Part shown: in pieces, positions 10,530 to 19,128 of the stretch
Position numbering within the stretch: the first letter of the stretch is position 1
Layout of the letters: every line of letters starts with the position of its first letter
Assembly: GCA_044368575.1 (NCBI GenBank)
Contig: JBIPPH010000001.1
Coordinates: 65,663 to 129,662, forward strand
Source: Bacteroidia bacterium
GTDB lineage: Bacteria; Bacteroidota; Bacteroidia; NS11-12g; UBA955
DNA length: 64,000 nucleotides
Direction: 5' to 3'
Position numbers and translations under genes: made by a program
The notes under the pieces: model-generated
The model's input: the letters and a program-made list of their open reading frames with translations, nothing else
The model's database searches: none
What the model was told of the DNA's origin: nothing

Positions 10530-11924
10530 GTGCTGTTCAACTCCTGGATATTTTTCTTGTTTTTGCCATTGGTAATGGCATTGAATTTTGCTTTACCACA
10601 TAGGTATAGGTGGATACTCTTGTTGTTGGCCTCTTATGTGTTTTATGGTTGGTGGCGAGCGGAGTTTTTGGTCATGATTGCCTTTTCAACTGCATTGGAC
10701 TACACCTGTGCCTTGAAAATTGAAGATGCCCAATCAGATATTGTTAGGCGGCGATGGATGTTGCTGAGCGTGATTACCAACCTCAGTATTTTATTCCTGT
10801 TCAAATATTTTTATTTCTTCGTCGGCACTGCGCCATTTATGCAAGGGCTAATGAATGAGCATCAGTCTATAAAAACGGCGGTTGAGTTTTTAGGTCAGTC
10901 ATTGCCGGTGGGTATATCTTTTTATACGTTTCAAACCATGAGCTACACGCTCGATGTGTATTACAGACGAGCTAGGGCTGAACGCAAGCTTGGTCAGTTA
11001 GCTTTATTTGTGTCGTTTTTTCCGCAACTAGTGGCAGGTCCTATTGAGCGCTATTCGCATTTGAATGAGCAATTAAAACAACGGCAGTTTTTAAATTATG
11101 CCAATATTCAGCAAGGATTAAGATTGATGCTCTATGGTTTTTTTGTAAAAATGGTGATCGCAGACAATCTATCTTACACAGTAACTTCAGTGTTTTCAGA
11201 ACCAGGTAAATGGGTATACTATTGGAACATTATTGGGGTTTTGAGTTTTGGTTTCCAAATTTATGCTGATTTTTTTGGTTACTCTCTAATTGCACAAGGG
11301 GCTGCAAAATGTTTTGGCATTGATTTAATGGATAATTTTAAAAGACCTTATCTGTCTAAAAACATCAGTGAATTTTGGCAGCGATGGCACATATCACTTA
11401 GTACTTGGTTCAGAGATTATGTATACATTCCATTAGGCGGCAACCGCGTGAGTAATCGCAAATGGGTGTTTAATGTTTTAATGGTGTTTCTGTTGAGTGG
11501 TCTTTGGCATGGGGCCAATTACACCTTTATTGTTTGGGGTGGATTGCATGGTTTGTATTATTTAATAGAAAGGTATTTTCCTTTAACCATTCGCTTCAGC
11601 TTAATCAAAGGCTTGATGACTTTTTTAGCGGTCGCATTTGCTTGGATATTTTTCAGAGCTGCTTCCATGCAAGAGGCTTATGCAGTGATACAAGGTTGTA
11701 TAAACAGTCTTCACGGCACAAAAGCATTAGATACGCAACCGTTTATTTTTTTACTCTTATTCTTGTTTGGTGTATTTGAATGGCAAAAAGGCGATCTCAG
11801 ATTTGATGGCTATTGCGCTCAATTGCCGGCATTCAAACGTTGGACCTTATATTGTTTTATGTTGTTTTGTATTTTGGTGGTTTGTGGATCAGAATACAAT
11901 GCCTTTATTTATTTTAAATTCTAA
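10530..11924 (+). CDS. MBOAT family O-acyltransferase (AlgI/DltB/PatA-like)
   Basis: 464 aa, polytopic. MLFNSWIFFLF start, FYTFQTMSYTLDVY, FFPQLVAGPIERY, FWQRWHISLSTWFRDYVYIPLGG, and the LSGLWHGANY catalytic His motif. Confidence 0.9.
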   Translation: MLFNSWIFFLFLPLVMALNFALPHRYRWILLLLASYVFYGWWRAEFLVMIAFSTALDYTCALKIEDAQSDIVRRRWMLLSVITNLSILFLFKYFYFFVGTAPFMQGLMNEHQSIKTAVEFLGQSLPVGISFYTFQTMSYTLDVYYRRARAERKLGQLALFVSFFPQLVAGPIERYSHLNEQLKQRQFLNYANIQQGLRLMLYGFFVKMVIADNLSYTVTSVFSEPGKWVYYWNIIGVLSFGFQIYADFFGYSLIAQGAAKCFGIDLMDNFKRPYLSKNISEFWQRWHISLSTWFRDYVYIPLGGNRVSNRKWVFNVLMVFLLSGLWHGANYTFIVWGGLHGLYYLIERYFPLTIRFSLIKGLMTFLAVAFAWIFFRAASMQEAYAVIQGCINSLHGTKALDTQPFIFLLLFLFGVFEWQKGDLRFDGYCAQLPAFKRWTLYCFMLFCILVVCGSEYNAFIYFKF

Positions 11925-12925
11925 TGTATCAGTGCGTTAAATATGGCATAAAATTAGGCTTAATCGGATTAACGGTAGGGCTCAGTGCATTTGTATACAA
12001 GGCCATTTATTGGGAGCCCGAATTAAAAGATCAAGGGCATATGCTGTTCAATGTTTTAGAATTTGAGTGGCATAACGATGCGCTTTATATTGGCGAATCT
12101 TCTAATTATTGGACCTCCCCAAATGATTCTGATAAACGCAGCATCAGTGAAATGATCAATGCGCAATTAGCGCATGGACGCTTGAGTGGGACTCAAGTGC
12201 CTGCTTATCATGCTGGCATGTTTTTGCCAGTCATCAAACAGATCGATCCTAAAAGCCGTGTTAAGCATTTGGTGGTCACTATGAATTTAAGGTCCTTCGG
12301 TCAAGCATGGATATACTCTACTCAAGAAGCCGCTCTTATGCGTTCAAAATGTTTTTACGGCGATCAGCATCCATTGTTCAATAGAATGGCTGCAGCCTTA
12401 GGGTACTATGAACAACCAAGTGCCGCAGAGCAAGAAGCCAAAATGTTAGCCGCCTTTGAACATGATCGCATACAAAGTCAAGTGGCTTTGCCCTATACTA
12501 CCATCAATACTTGGAAAGACCACATTGTGTTCGATGATCCTGCTAAGCAAGCATTGGCCCATCATTATGTTAAGGCCTATGCCTTTTCTATCGATACCTT
12601 AAACAATCCTAGGGTAGCAGATTTTGATGAAATGGTTAATGTGTGCCGCTCAAAAGGCATTCGCTTGTATTTTAATGTCATGTCTGAAAATACCGCTTGG
12701 GCCGATAGTTTGGTTGGTCCGGCTTTGTCTGGTTTGATGCGTGAAAACGTAGCTAAACTGGTTAAGCGCTATGCTTCTAAAGGCGTGGTCATGATTGATA
12801 ATTTAAACCTTGTGCCTGCCGAATGTTTTGGTGAGAAGGATTGGACCACTGAGCACTATGATCAAAGAGGCAGACAAATCATTGCCCAACAAGTAGCAAC
12901 CACTCTTAACCGATATGTGCACTAA
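11924..12925 (+). CDS. membrane-anchored DltD/SGNH-like partner of the MBOAT (putative acyl-transfer/esterase)
   Basis: N-terminal TM helix. A GESS motif (ALYIGESSNY) sits near residue 60 and a C-terminal TEHYDQRGRQIIA motif resembles SGNH block V. This topology matches DltD. TAATG overlap with the MBOAT gene. Motif reading by eye only. Confidence 0.4.
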   Translation: MYQCVKYGIKLGLIGLTVGLSAFVYKAIYWEPELKDQGHMLFNVLEFEWHNDALYIGESSNYWTSPNDSDKRSISEMINAQLAHGRLSGTQVPAYHAGMFLPVIKQIDPKSRVKHLVVTMNLRSFGQAWIYSTQEAALMRSKCFYGDQHPLFNRMAAALGYYEQPSAAEQEAKMLAAFEHDRIQSQVALPYTTINTWKDHIVFDDPAKQALAHHYVKAYAFSIDTLNNPRVADFDEMVNVCRSKGIRLYFNVMSENTAWADSLVGPALSGLMRENVAKLVKRYASKGVVMIDNLNLVPAECFGEKDWTTEHYDQRGRQIIAQQVATTLNRYVH

Positions 12926-13424
12926 GTGGATTTATGGGCTATTGCTTTTGACTTTGATGGCCTGTCAGCAAAAAACTTCCAAGATGCAAACGGTTTTGCA
13001 GGCAGATTCTATGCAATTGTTTGTGTTTTTAAATTTGGATTGTCCGATATGTCAAAAATACCAAGGTCAATTCAAGTCTATAGAAGACAGCGCTTATACC
13101 ACCTATTATGTATTTCCGGGTCAAAGTCAGAATAAACAATTAAGCCATTGGATGCAATACAATCAGATTGATCCTGCTTATGTTATCCAAGATTCAAACT
13201 TTGTTTGGACAGATTTTACAAAGGCAAGCAATACCCCAGAGGCGATACTGTATCACCGAGAGCAAGTCATATACAGGGGTTTGTTAACGGATCAATTTAG
13301 AGGTGTTGGAGCGTTTCAATCCGAAGGGCATATTAATTATGTTCATAATGCCCTAAATTCGCTGCGTCAACATGTTCCGATTCAAAACACCAAACCTGTG
13401 GGTTGTTTTATTGAGCCTCATTAG
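12915..13424 (+). CDS. thioredoxin-fold lipoprotein with CPxC motif
   Basis: Lipobox LLLTLMAC. A redox-type motif FLNLDCPICQKY and TPEAILYH...VIYRG (cis-Pro region) are typical of TlpA/redoxin-like proteins. Confidence 0.55.
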   Translation: MCTKWIYGLLLLTLMACQQKTSKMQTVLQADSMQLFVFLNLDCPICQKYQGQFKSIEDSAYTTYYVFPGQSQNKQLSHWMQYNQIDPAYVIQDSNFVWTDFTKASNTPEAILYHREQVIYRGLLTDQFRGVGAFQSEGHINYVHNALNSLRQHVPIQNTKPVGCFIEPH

Positions 13425-14733
13425 TGCTTTGTTTTTGGCCTGTCAGCCAAACAAGGTAGAATTTTGTAAAGATGTTGCACCCATAATTGAAAAGCATTGC
13501 ACACCCTGTCATAATTCAAAGGGAGCAGCCCCTTTTGAACTTTCCAATTATTGGCAAGTCAAACAAAAGGCTAAAATGATTGCTTTTGTTACCCAAAAAA
13601 GAATAATGCCACCTTGGCCGGCAGATCCTGAATACACTCATTTTATAGGCGAACGTTTATTGACTGAAGCGGAGATTCAAACCCTTAAGGATTGGTATCA
13701 GCAGGGTTGTCCTAAGGGCGATGATACGCATTTGAAACTGCATTATGCAGACAACTCCTCAATGAGTTTGGGGCCAGCTGATATGGTAATCAATCTTGAA
13801 CCGATTGCCATTAAAAACAACAATAAAGACCAGTTTTTGGTGGTAAAAATACCTTATGAAATGCCTGAGGCCAAATTTGTAAAGGCCGTTGAATTTTTGC
13901 CAGGTCAAATGGCTTATTTGCACCATGTGAATGGTCATTATCTGCGCTTAAACAATACCAGTCATCCCTTTGAAGGCAATAGAGTAGTAGATGTAGAAAG
14001 TCCTCAATATGAAAAGGCATTTATGGATTTACAATTATTAAATGCAGATGGCTCAATACCTGAACGTGTGCATTCTGCTTTTAATTTTTTACCCGGTGCT
14101 TATGGGGTAGCTTATCCAAATGGTATTGGAGGTTTTTGGATGAGTCCAAAGGGCATTTTTGTGGCCAATGATATGCACATAGGGCCATCAACAAAATCAT
14201 GTATTGACTCTTCAAAGTTATTATTGTATTTTTCAAAGACACCTAATCAAAGACCTACTTTTGAAATAATGATGGGTACCAATGGGATCAGTCCTGTAGA
14301 GCCTGCATTGCAAATAGCACCTAATACCATCAGTAAACATCTATCAAGAACACGTATCTATACTGATATGTCTGTTTTAACGGTCAATCCGCACATGCAT
14401 TTACTTGGTAAATCATTTAAAGCCTATGCCATTTTACCCAATGGTGATACTACTAAATTGATTCATATTCCTCAGTGGCAATTCCGTTGGCAATATTTTT
14501 ACACTTTTACCCATCCGGTTCGCATACCAAGAGGCAGTGAACTTATTGTGGAGGCTGTTTTTGACAATACACTAAAGAATCCTAATAATCCGTTTAATCC
14601 ACCACGCTTAATTGGTGAAAGAACAGATAGAGGGGGAGCCAGTATGCGCACTACAGATGAAATGTTGCAGTTCATTATCACCTATTTGCCTTACCAAAAG
14701 AACGATGAGTTAATCGATTTAACCCAACCATGA
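13372..14733 (+). CDS. lipoprotein with N-terminal CxxCH haem-c motif and PHM/DBH-like copper type II monooxygenase domain
   Basis: Lipobox LFLAC and CTPCH at 13498-13512, followed by RIMPPW. HH at 13921-13926, H at 14176-14178, HMH at 14392-14400 and TDEM (Met at 14662-14664) match the CuH (H,H,H) and CuM (H,H,M) ligand pattern of peptidylglycine alpha-hydroxylating monooxygenase. Confidence 0.65.
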   Translation: MFRFKTPNLWVVLLSLISALFLACQPNKVEFCKDVAPIIEKHCTPCHNSKGAAPFELSNYWQVKQKAKMIAFVTQKRIMPPWPADPEYTHFIGERLLTEAEIQTLKDWYQQGCPKGDDTHLKLHYADNSSMSLGPADMVINLEPIAIKNNNKDQFLVVKIPYEMPEAKFVKAVEFLPGQMAYLHHVNGHYLRLNNTSHPFEGNRVVDVESPQYEKAFMDLQLLNADGSIPERVHSAFNFLPGAYGVAYPNGIGGFWMSPKGIFVANDMHIGPSTKSCIDSSKLLLYFSKTPNQRPTFEIMMGTNGISPVEPALQIAPNTISKHLSRTRIYTDMSVLTVNPHMHLLGKSFKAYAILPNGDTTKLIHIPQWQFRWQYFYTFTHPVRIPRGSELIVEAVFDNTLKNPNNPFNPPRLIGERTDRGGASMRTTDEMLQFIITYLPYQKNDELIDLTQP

Positions 14734-15377
14734 AAACCCTAAAGCCATTATTTTGGATATGTTTGTTTTTACTCATACTGAGTGTGGGGTTGGCTTATAT
14801 TAAACCCATTATAAGAGCGGTTCAAAATTATACTTCAGACGATTATAAAGGGGGACTTGATATGGTTGAAAAACATTTTGGCTCTGACATCGATAGTGCA
14901 GCTCAAGTATTTCAAATAGAACCAGCCTATTTAAAGGCACTTTGTATGTTAGAGTGCAGTGGAAAAAAAGCAATAAGCCCAAGGTTTGAAGCCCATGTGT
15001 ATAAGCAACTTAAACGTGTGCAAGCAGGCACTATACAAAACTATGAGCATGTACAAGCGAGTATGTTGAAGGATGCTAACGATGATGCAATTCGCAATTT
15101 GGCGAGTAGTTGGGGGCCTTTCCAATTAATGGGTTATAAATGTTTGCTTTTAGATATTAAGATCAGAGACATTAGAGGGCCTGATGCAGTTTTTTATGCT
15201 GTGAAATGGATTCATTTGACTTACGGTGATTATTTAAAAAAGCATCAATATAAAGATGCTTTTCACATTCACAATACAGGACAAAAATTTCCAAGTAACG
15301 GCAAAGCCAAAACCTATGATCCAAAGTATTGCCAACGGGGTTTACAATACATGAAACATTTTCAAGCCCCAAATTAA
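14730..15377 (+). CDS. membrane-anchored lysozyme-like protein (SLT or DUF3380 muramidase-like)
   Basis: N-terminal TM helix. A candidate catalytic Glu lies in LKALCMLECSG...RFEAHVY, followed by SSWGPFQLMGYK, resembling the E-S...GxxQ(I/L)MG signature of lytic transglycosylase/muramidase folds. ATGA overlap with the previous gene. Confidence 0.45.
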   Translation: MKTLKPLFWICLFLLILSVGLAYIKPIIRAVQNYTSDDYKGGLDMVEKHFGSDIDSAAQVFQIEPAYLKALCMLECSGKKAISPRFEAHVYKQLKRVQAGTIQNYEHVQASMLKDANDDAIRNLASSWGPFQLMGYKCLLLDIKIRDIRGPDAVFYAVKWIHLTYGDYLKKHQYKDAFHIHNTGQKFPSNGKAKTYDPKYCQRGLQYMKHFQAPN

Positions 15378-17014
15378 TAGACTTTTTGTCCTAAGGCATA
15401 AGTAGCAATTACCTTGCTCGTTAAAAGGTCCTTTGGCTGTTTTAAATGATAAAAATCTCTGTCTATTATCACCAAGTCGGCATCTTTACCTTTACATAAA
15501 CTGCCTTTCCTATGTTCCAAGCGACAAGCTTTGGCTGCCCAAATGGTCATGCCTTTGAGGGTTTGATCCATACTCAGTGCTTCATCTTTTAAAAAAGGTT
15601 GATCATTGCTTCTTTGTGCGCTGAGTCTAAAAACTGCGCTGTAAATCGTATAGAATGGGTCAATGTATTCAACAGGAAAATCAGTGCCCAATGCTAAATA
15701 GCCATTTTGTTTAAGCAAAGATTGATAAGCGTATGCAGAGGCCATTCTGTTGTCGCAAATACGAGCACTCACCCAAGGTGCATCACTGGTGGCATGTGTG
15801 GGTTGCACACTTGGAATAATACTAAATTGTTTGAAGAGGGCTCTGTCTTTAGGCTCTACCAATTGAGCATGCTCAATCCGCCAACGTCTGTCATTAGGGC
15901 CTTTTAACTGTTGTCCATACAAATCCAAAAGCAGAATATTGGCAGAATCACCAATGCAATGGGTATTGATTTGGTAGTTGGTGTTTTCGTAAATGTCTTT
16001 ACAAAAAGCTTGTAACATGCTCTTTGAACTGACCCAGTAGCCATTGTGATGCGCTCTGTCACAGTAGTCTTGTTTTAATTTTGCGCCTCTGCTGCCAAGT
16101 GCGCCATCTGCATACAATTTAAAGGAGGCAATTTGACTGAATTGATTTTCATAAAGCCCCTTGCTTTTGGCAAATTGTATTGCCGCTTGTTCTGGAGTAA
16201 GCATCATGTACAAAAAGATACGGCGCTGTGCCGCCTTGCCCAAACTGTCAAGGTACAAACATTCTTTAAGCGGAAGGCCTGCATCAGCAAGGGTTGTTAG
16301 GCCTTTGCTAAAGCATAATTGCTCCGCAGTTTGTATGGCTTTTAAAAGTTTTTGATCATGATGATAAGTGAAATAATGGTCTACTAAGTTGACGGCATTG
16401 TCAACTAAAACACCAGTTAAAGAATTGTTTTTGCTGATAATTTCACCACCAATTACTTTTGTGTTGTTGACAATGTTTGCGGCAGAAAGTGCTGCTTGAT
16501 TGCAAATGACAGCGTGTCCATCAATGCGTTTTAGAACTACAACTCTGTTAGGAAATAAGGTGTTTAATAATGCGTTGTCAGGGAAAGTTTTGTTGGCCCA
16601 ATCATTTTGGTCCCAACCTCTGCCCAACAAAGGTTCATTGTCCGCTAAAGTTTTTTCAAATTGTTTAAGTGAATCCAGAACGGCTTCCCATGAAGGACTG
16701 CCAATTAAATTGCATTGTAACTGGTTATTGGCATAACCCAAAAAATGACAGTGGGCATCTATGAAACCTGGGTATACCCATTGTGATTTTAAGTCTGTAG
16801 TGGTTTTGCCGCTGTATTGTTTCAAAAGTGCTTTTCCACCTATATCTATAATTTTGCCTTTATCTATAATAATAACTTCTGCTAGTGGCATAGAATCATT
16901 CATGGTATAAATATGCCCATTGAAAAGAACGGTATCAACTAACTGAGTTGATCTTTGACAACTTTGAGTGATCAAGATGCTCATCAATACAACAATAAAG
17001 TGCTTTGCTTTCAT
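15374..17014 (-). CDS. amidohydrolase family lipoprotein (Amidohydro_3 / YtcJ-like)
   Basis: Lipobox LITQSC and the metal-binding motif GFIDAHCHFLGY, with C-terminal GTDFPVE and GKDADLVIID motifs. Start set to the ATG at 17014. Confidence 0.8.
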   Translation of the reverse strand: MKAKHFIVVLMSILITQSCQRSTQLVDTVLFNGHIYTMNDSMPLAEVIIIDKGKIIDIGGKALLKQYSGKTTTDLKSQWVYPGFIDAHCHFLGYANNQLQCNLIGSPSWEAVLDSLKQFEKTLADNEPLLGRGWDQNDWANKTFPDNALLNTLFPNRVVVLKRIDGHAVICNQAALSAANIVNNTKVIGGEIISKNNSLTGVLVDNAVNLVDHYFTYHHDQKLLKAIQTAEQLCFSKGLTTLADAGLPLKECLYLDSLGKAAQRRIFLYMMLTPEQAAIQFAKSKGLYENQFSQIASFKLYADGALGSRGAKLKQDYCDRAHHNGYWVSSKSMLQAFCKDIYENTNYQINTHCIGDSANILLLDLYGQQLKGPNDRRWRIEHAQLVEPKDRALFKQFSIIPSVQPTHATSDAPWVSARICDNRMASAYAYQSLLKQNGYLALGTDFPVEYIDPFYTIYSAVFRLSAQRSNDQPFLKDEALSMDQTLKGMTIWAAKACRLEHRKGSLCKGKDADLVIIDRDFYHLKQPKDLLTSKVIATYALGQKVY

Positions 17015-17078
17015 GTAGTACAATATTATTACTTCTACTGAGTTTTAACAAGCAGATAATGAGTCTAAGTTATTTTGT

Positions 17079-17086
17079 TATTTTTG
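17079..17086 (+). promoter_or_regulatory. -7 type promoter box TATTTTTG
   Basis: Exact match 4 nt upstream of the ATG at 17091. Confidence 0.5.
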
Positions 17087-17090
17087 CAAC

Positions 17091-18512
17091 ATGAAATGGC
17101 CGAGTGATTCTTTGTTTGTTGCGCACAATGATTTGTTTAAAAGCATTGGGCAAATTGCAGACAAGGCTGGCATTGAGGCCTATGTAATTGGCGGTTTTGT
17201 TCGCGACACCATCTTGTACAGGCCATCAAAAGACATAGACATTGTTGTATTGGGCAGTGGAATTGAATTTGCAAAGCAAGTGGCCTCTGCTTTCAAAAAC
17301 GTCAAGTTGAGTTATTTTGAACACTTTGGCACAGCCCAAATCATTTATCAAGATTGGATTTTGGAATTTGTTGGAGCACGTAAAGAAAGTTACAGACAAG
17401 ACAGCCGCAATCCTATTGTAGAGTCGGGAACGCTAAGAGATGATCAAGAGCGAAGAGATTTAACCATTAATGCCATGAGTATTGGCTTGAATCAAGCTAA
17501 TTTTGGTCAATTAATAGATCCCTTTAATGGCTTAGATGACATCGATAAGCAATTGGTAAGAACGCCACTTGACCCGGATAAAACCTTTAGTGACGATCCT
17601 TTGCGCATGCTTAGGGCCATTCGTTTTGCCAGTCAATTGGGCTTTAGAATTGACGCAATTACCTTAGAGGGTATTGAGCGCAATAAAGACCGAATTGCTA
17701 TCATTTCACAAGAGCGTATTACTGATGAGCTCAACAAAATTATTTTATCGCCAGTGCCATCAATTGGCTTCGAGTATTTGTTTGACACAGGCTTGTTGAA
17801 ATTAATTTTCCCTGAAATGGTTGACTTATACGGGGTTGAAACGGTGAATGGTTTAAGCCATAAAGATAATTTTTATCACACGCTTCAAGTCCTTGATAAT
17901 TTAGCCTTAATGACTCAAGATTTGTGGCTTAGATGGGCAGCTATACTGCACGATATCGCTAAACCTGCTACAAAGCGATTTGAACCAGGCATTGGTTGGA
18001 CTTTTCATGGTCACGAAGACAAGGGTAGTAGAATGGTAAAACCCATTTTTTCAAAACTCAAATTGCCTTTGAATGAGAAAATGAAGTTTGTTCAAAAATT
18101 AGTGCTTTTACATTTAAGACCAATTGTTTTGTCTCAAGATGTAGTGACTGACAGCGCAGTCAGACGCTTAATGATGGAGGTTGGAGAAGACATTGATGCC
18201 CTCATGCTTTTATGTAAAAGTGATATTACCAGTAAAAATGAAAAAAAGGTAGAACGCATCAAAAAGAACTTCTCATTAGTTGAGCAAAAAATGAAGGCAG
18301 TTCAAGAAAAGGATTACCTCAGAAATTGGCAGCCACCTATTACAGGTAATGATATACTTGAGTTGTTTCATATTCAAGATAAAGCCCATATTGGAGTGCT
18401 TAAATCTGCAGTCAAAGCTGCAATTTTAGAGGGTCGTTTAGCAGATGATCAAATGGCTTGTGTTGAGTTTCTAAAACAAGAAGCCAAAGCCCTTAACATT
18501 TCTGAAAAATAA
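17091..18512 (+). CDS. CCA tRNA nucleotidyltransferase / poly(A) polymerase family with HD domain
   Basis: 473 aa; GGFVRDTILYRPSKDIDIVV nucleotidyltransferase motif, RRDLTINAM, DPLRMLRAIRFASQL, and a later HD-type region (LHDIAKP). Confidence 0.85.
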   Translation: MKWPSDSLFVAHNDLFKSIGQIADKAGIEAYVIGGFVRDTILYRPSKDIDIVVLGSGIEFAKQVASAFKNVKLSYFEHFGTAQIIYQDWILEFVGARKESYRQDSRNPIVESGTLRDDQERRDLTINAMSIGLNQANFGQLIDPFNGLDDIDKQLVRTPLDPDKTFSDDPLRMLRAIRFASQLGFRIDAITLEGIERNKDRIAIISQERITDELNKIILSPVPSIGFEYLFDTGLLKLIFPEMVDLYGVETVNGLSHKDNFYHTLQVLDNLALMTQDLWLRWAAILHDIAKPATKRFEPGIGWTFHGHEDKGSRMVKPIFSKLKLPLNEKMKFVQKLVLLHLRPIVLSQDVVTDSAVRRLMMEVGEDIDALMLLCKSDITSKNEKKVERIKKNFSLVEQKMKAVQEKDYLRNWQPPITGNDILELFHIQDKAHIGVLKSAVKAAILEGRLADDQMACVEFLKQEAKALNISEK

Positions 18513-18515
18513 TCT

Positions 18516-18523
18516 TACATTTG
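18516..18523 (+). promoter_or_regulatory. -7 type promoter box TACATTTG
   Basis: Exact match 6 nt upstream of the ATG at 18530. The longest-ORF TTG start at 18521 lies inside the box. Confidence 0.45.
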
Positions 18524-18529
18524 CGAAGT

Positions 18530-19114
18530 ATGATCTACCGTTTCAAAGTATGGTTTGAAGAGGAGGAAGAAGTCTTCAGAGTAATTGACATTCAGCCCGC
18601 TTCAAGTTTTTTAGACTTTCACAATACAATTTTGGATTCTATTGGCTTTAAAAAAGATATGCCAAGTGCGTTTTACGTATCAGATGACAATTGGAGAAAA
18701 GGAAAAGAGATTAGCTTTCATGATGCTTCTAAACTCAAAATGTCTGAGGTAAAATTGAAAGACTGTATCAATGATCCCCACCAAAAGTTTGTATACATTA
18801 CAGATTTCAATGAGCAATGGACCTTCTGTATTGAATTGCAGAATATCAATAATGATGCTCCTGGAGCAGTCTATCCTTTAGTGTTTAAAACCGTAGGCAA
18901 AGCGCCTAAGCAACACGAAGGTTTAAGTCGATTCAAAACGGTTGATGAAAATGAATTTGATGAGATCGCTAATAAATTGGTCAGTAAACATGCCCCAATG
19001 GTAGACGAGGATTTTGATGAAGATGGATTTGGTCAAGAAGGGGATGATGATGACAATGACAGCGATGAATTTTCAGATGAATTTGCTGGCTCTGATGAGC
19101 ATTACGATGATTAA
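18530..19114 (+). CDS. pRiA4b ORF-3-like domain protein with acidic C-terminal tail
   Basis: The N-terminal IYRFKVWFEEEEEVFRVIDIQPASSFLDFHNTILDSIGF pattern resembles the PRiA4_ORF3 family. The last ~40 residues are D/E-rich. Confidence 0.45.
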   Translation: MIYRFKVWFEEEEEVFRVIDIQPASSFLDFHNTILDSIGFKKDMPSAFYVSDDNWRKGKEISFHDASKLKMSEVKLKDCINDPHQKFVYITDFNEQWTFCIELQNINNDAPGAVYPLVFKTVGKAPKQHEGLSRFKTVDENEFDEIANKLVSKHAPMVDEDFDEDGFGQEGDDDDNDSDEFSDEFAGSDEHYDD

Positions 19115-19128
19115 TCTTAGCTGAGTTT

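Noticed and set aside
11504-11779. Alternative-frame ORFs inside the MBOAT and thioredoxin-fold genes (11504-11779, 12926-13135), and similar ones inside the TonB receptor (7895-8150).
   Set aside because: They are embedded in other frames of genes with clear family motifs, and have no motifs or start context of their own.
12915-14733. The 53-nt overlap between the thioredoxin-fold ORF and the monooxygenase ORF, read as a frameshifted (pseudogenised) single fusion gene.
   Set aside because: The downstream ORF begins with its own complete lipoprotein signal peptide (LFLAC), and the upstream ORF ends after a complete thioredoxin fold. Two separate lipoproteins are more parsimonious than a broken fusion. 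The exact downstream start codon remains uncertain.
6270-15377. The idea that the cobalamin riboswitch controls all eight co-directional genes down to 15377.
   Set aside because: An exact TAAATTTG box at 10512-10519 sits 10 nt before the MBOAT GTG, and the functional theme changes at that point. This suggests a separate transcription unit. Read-through is not excluded because no terminator is visible at 10515-10529.
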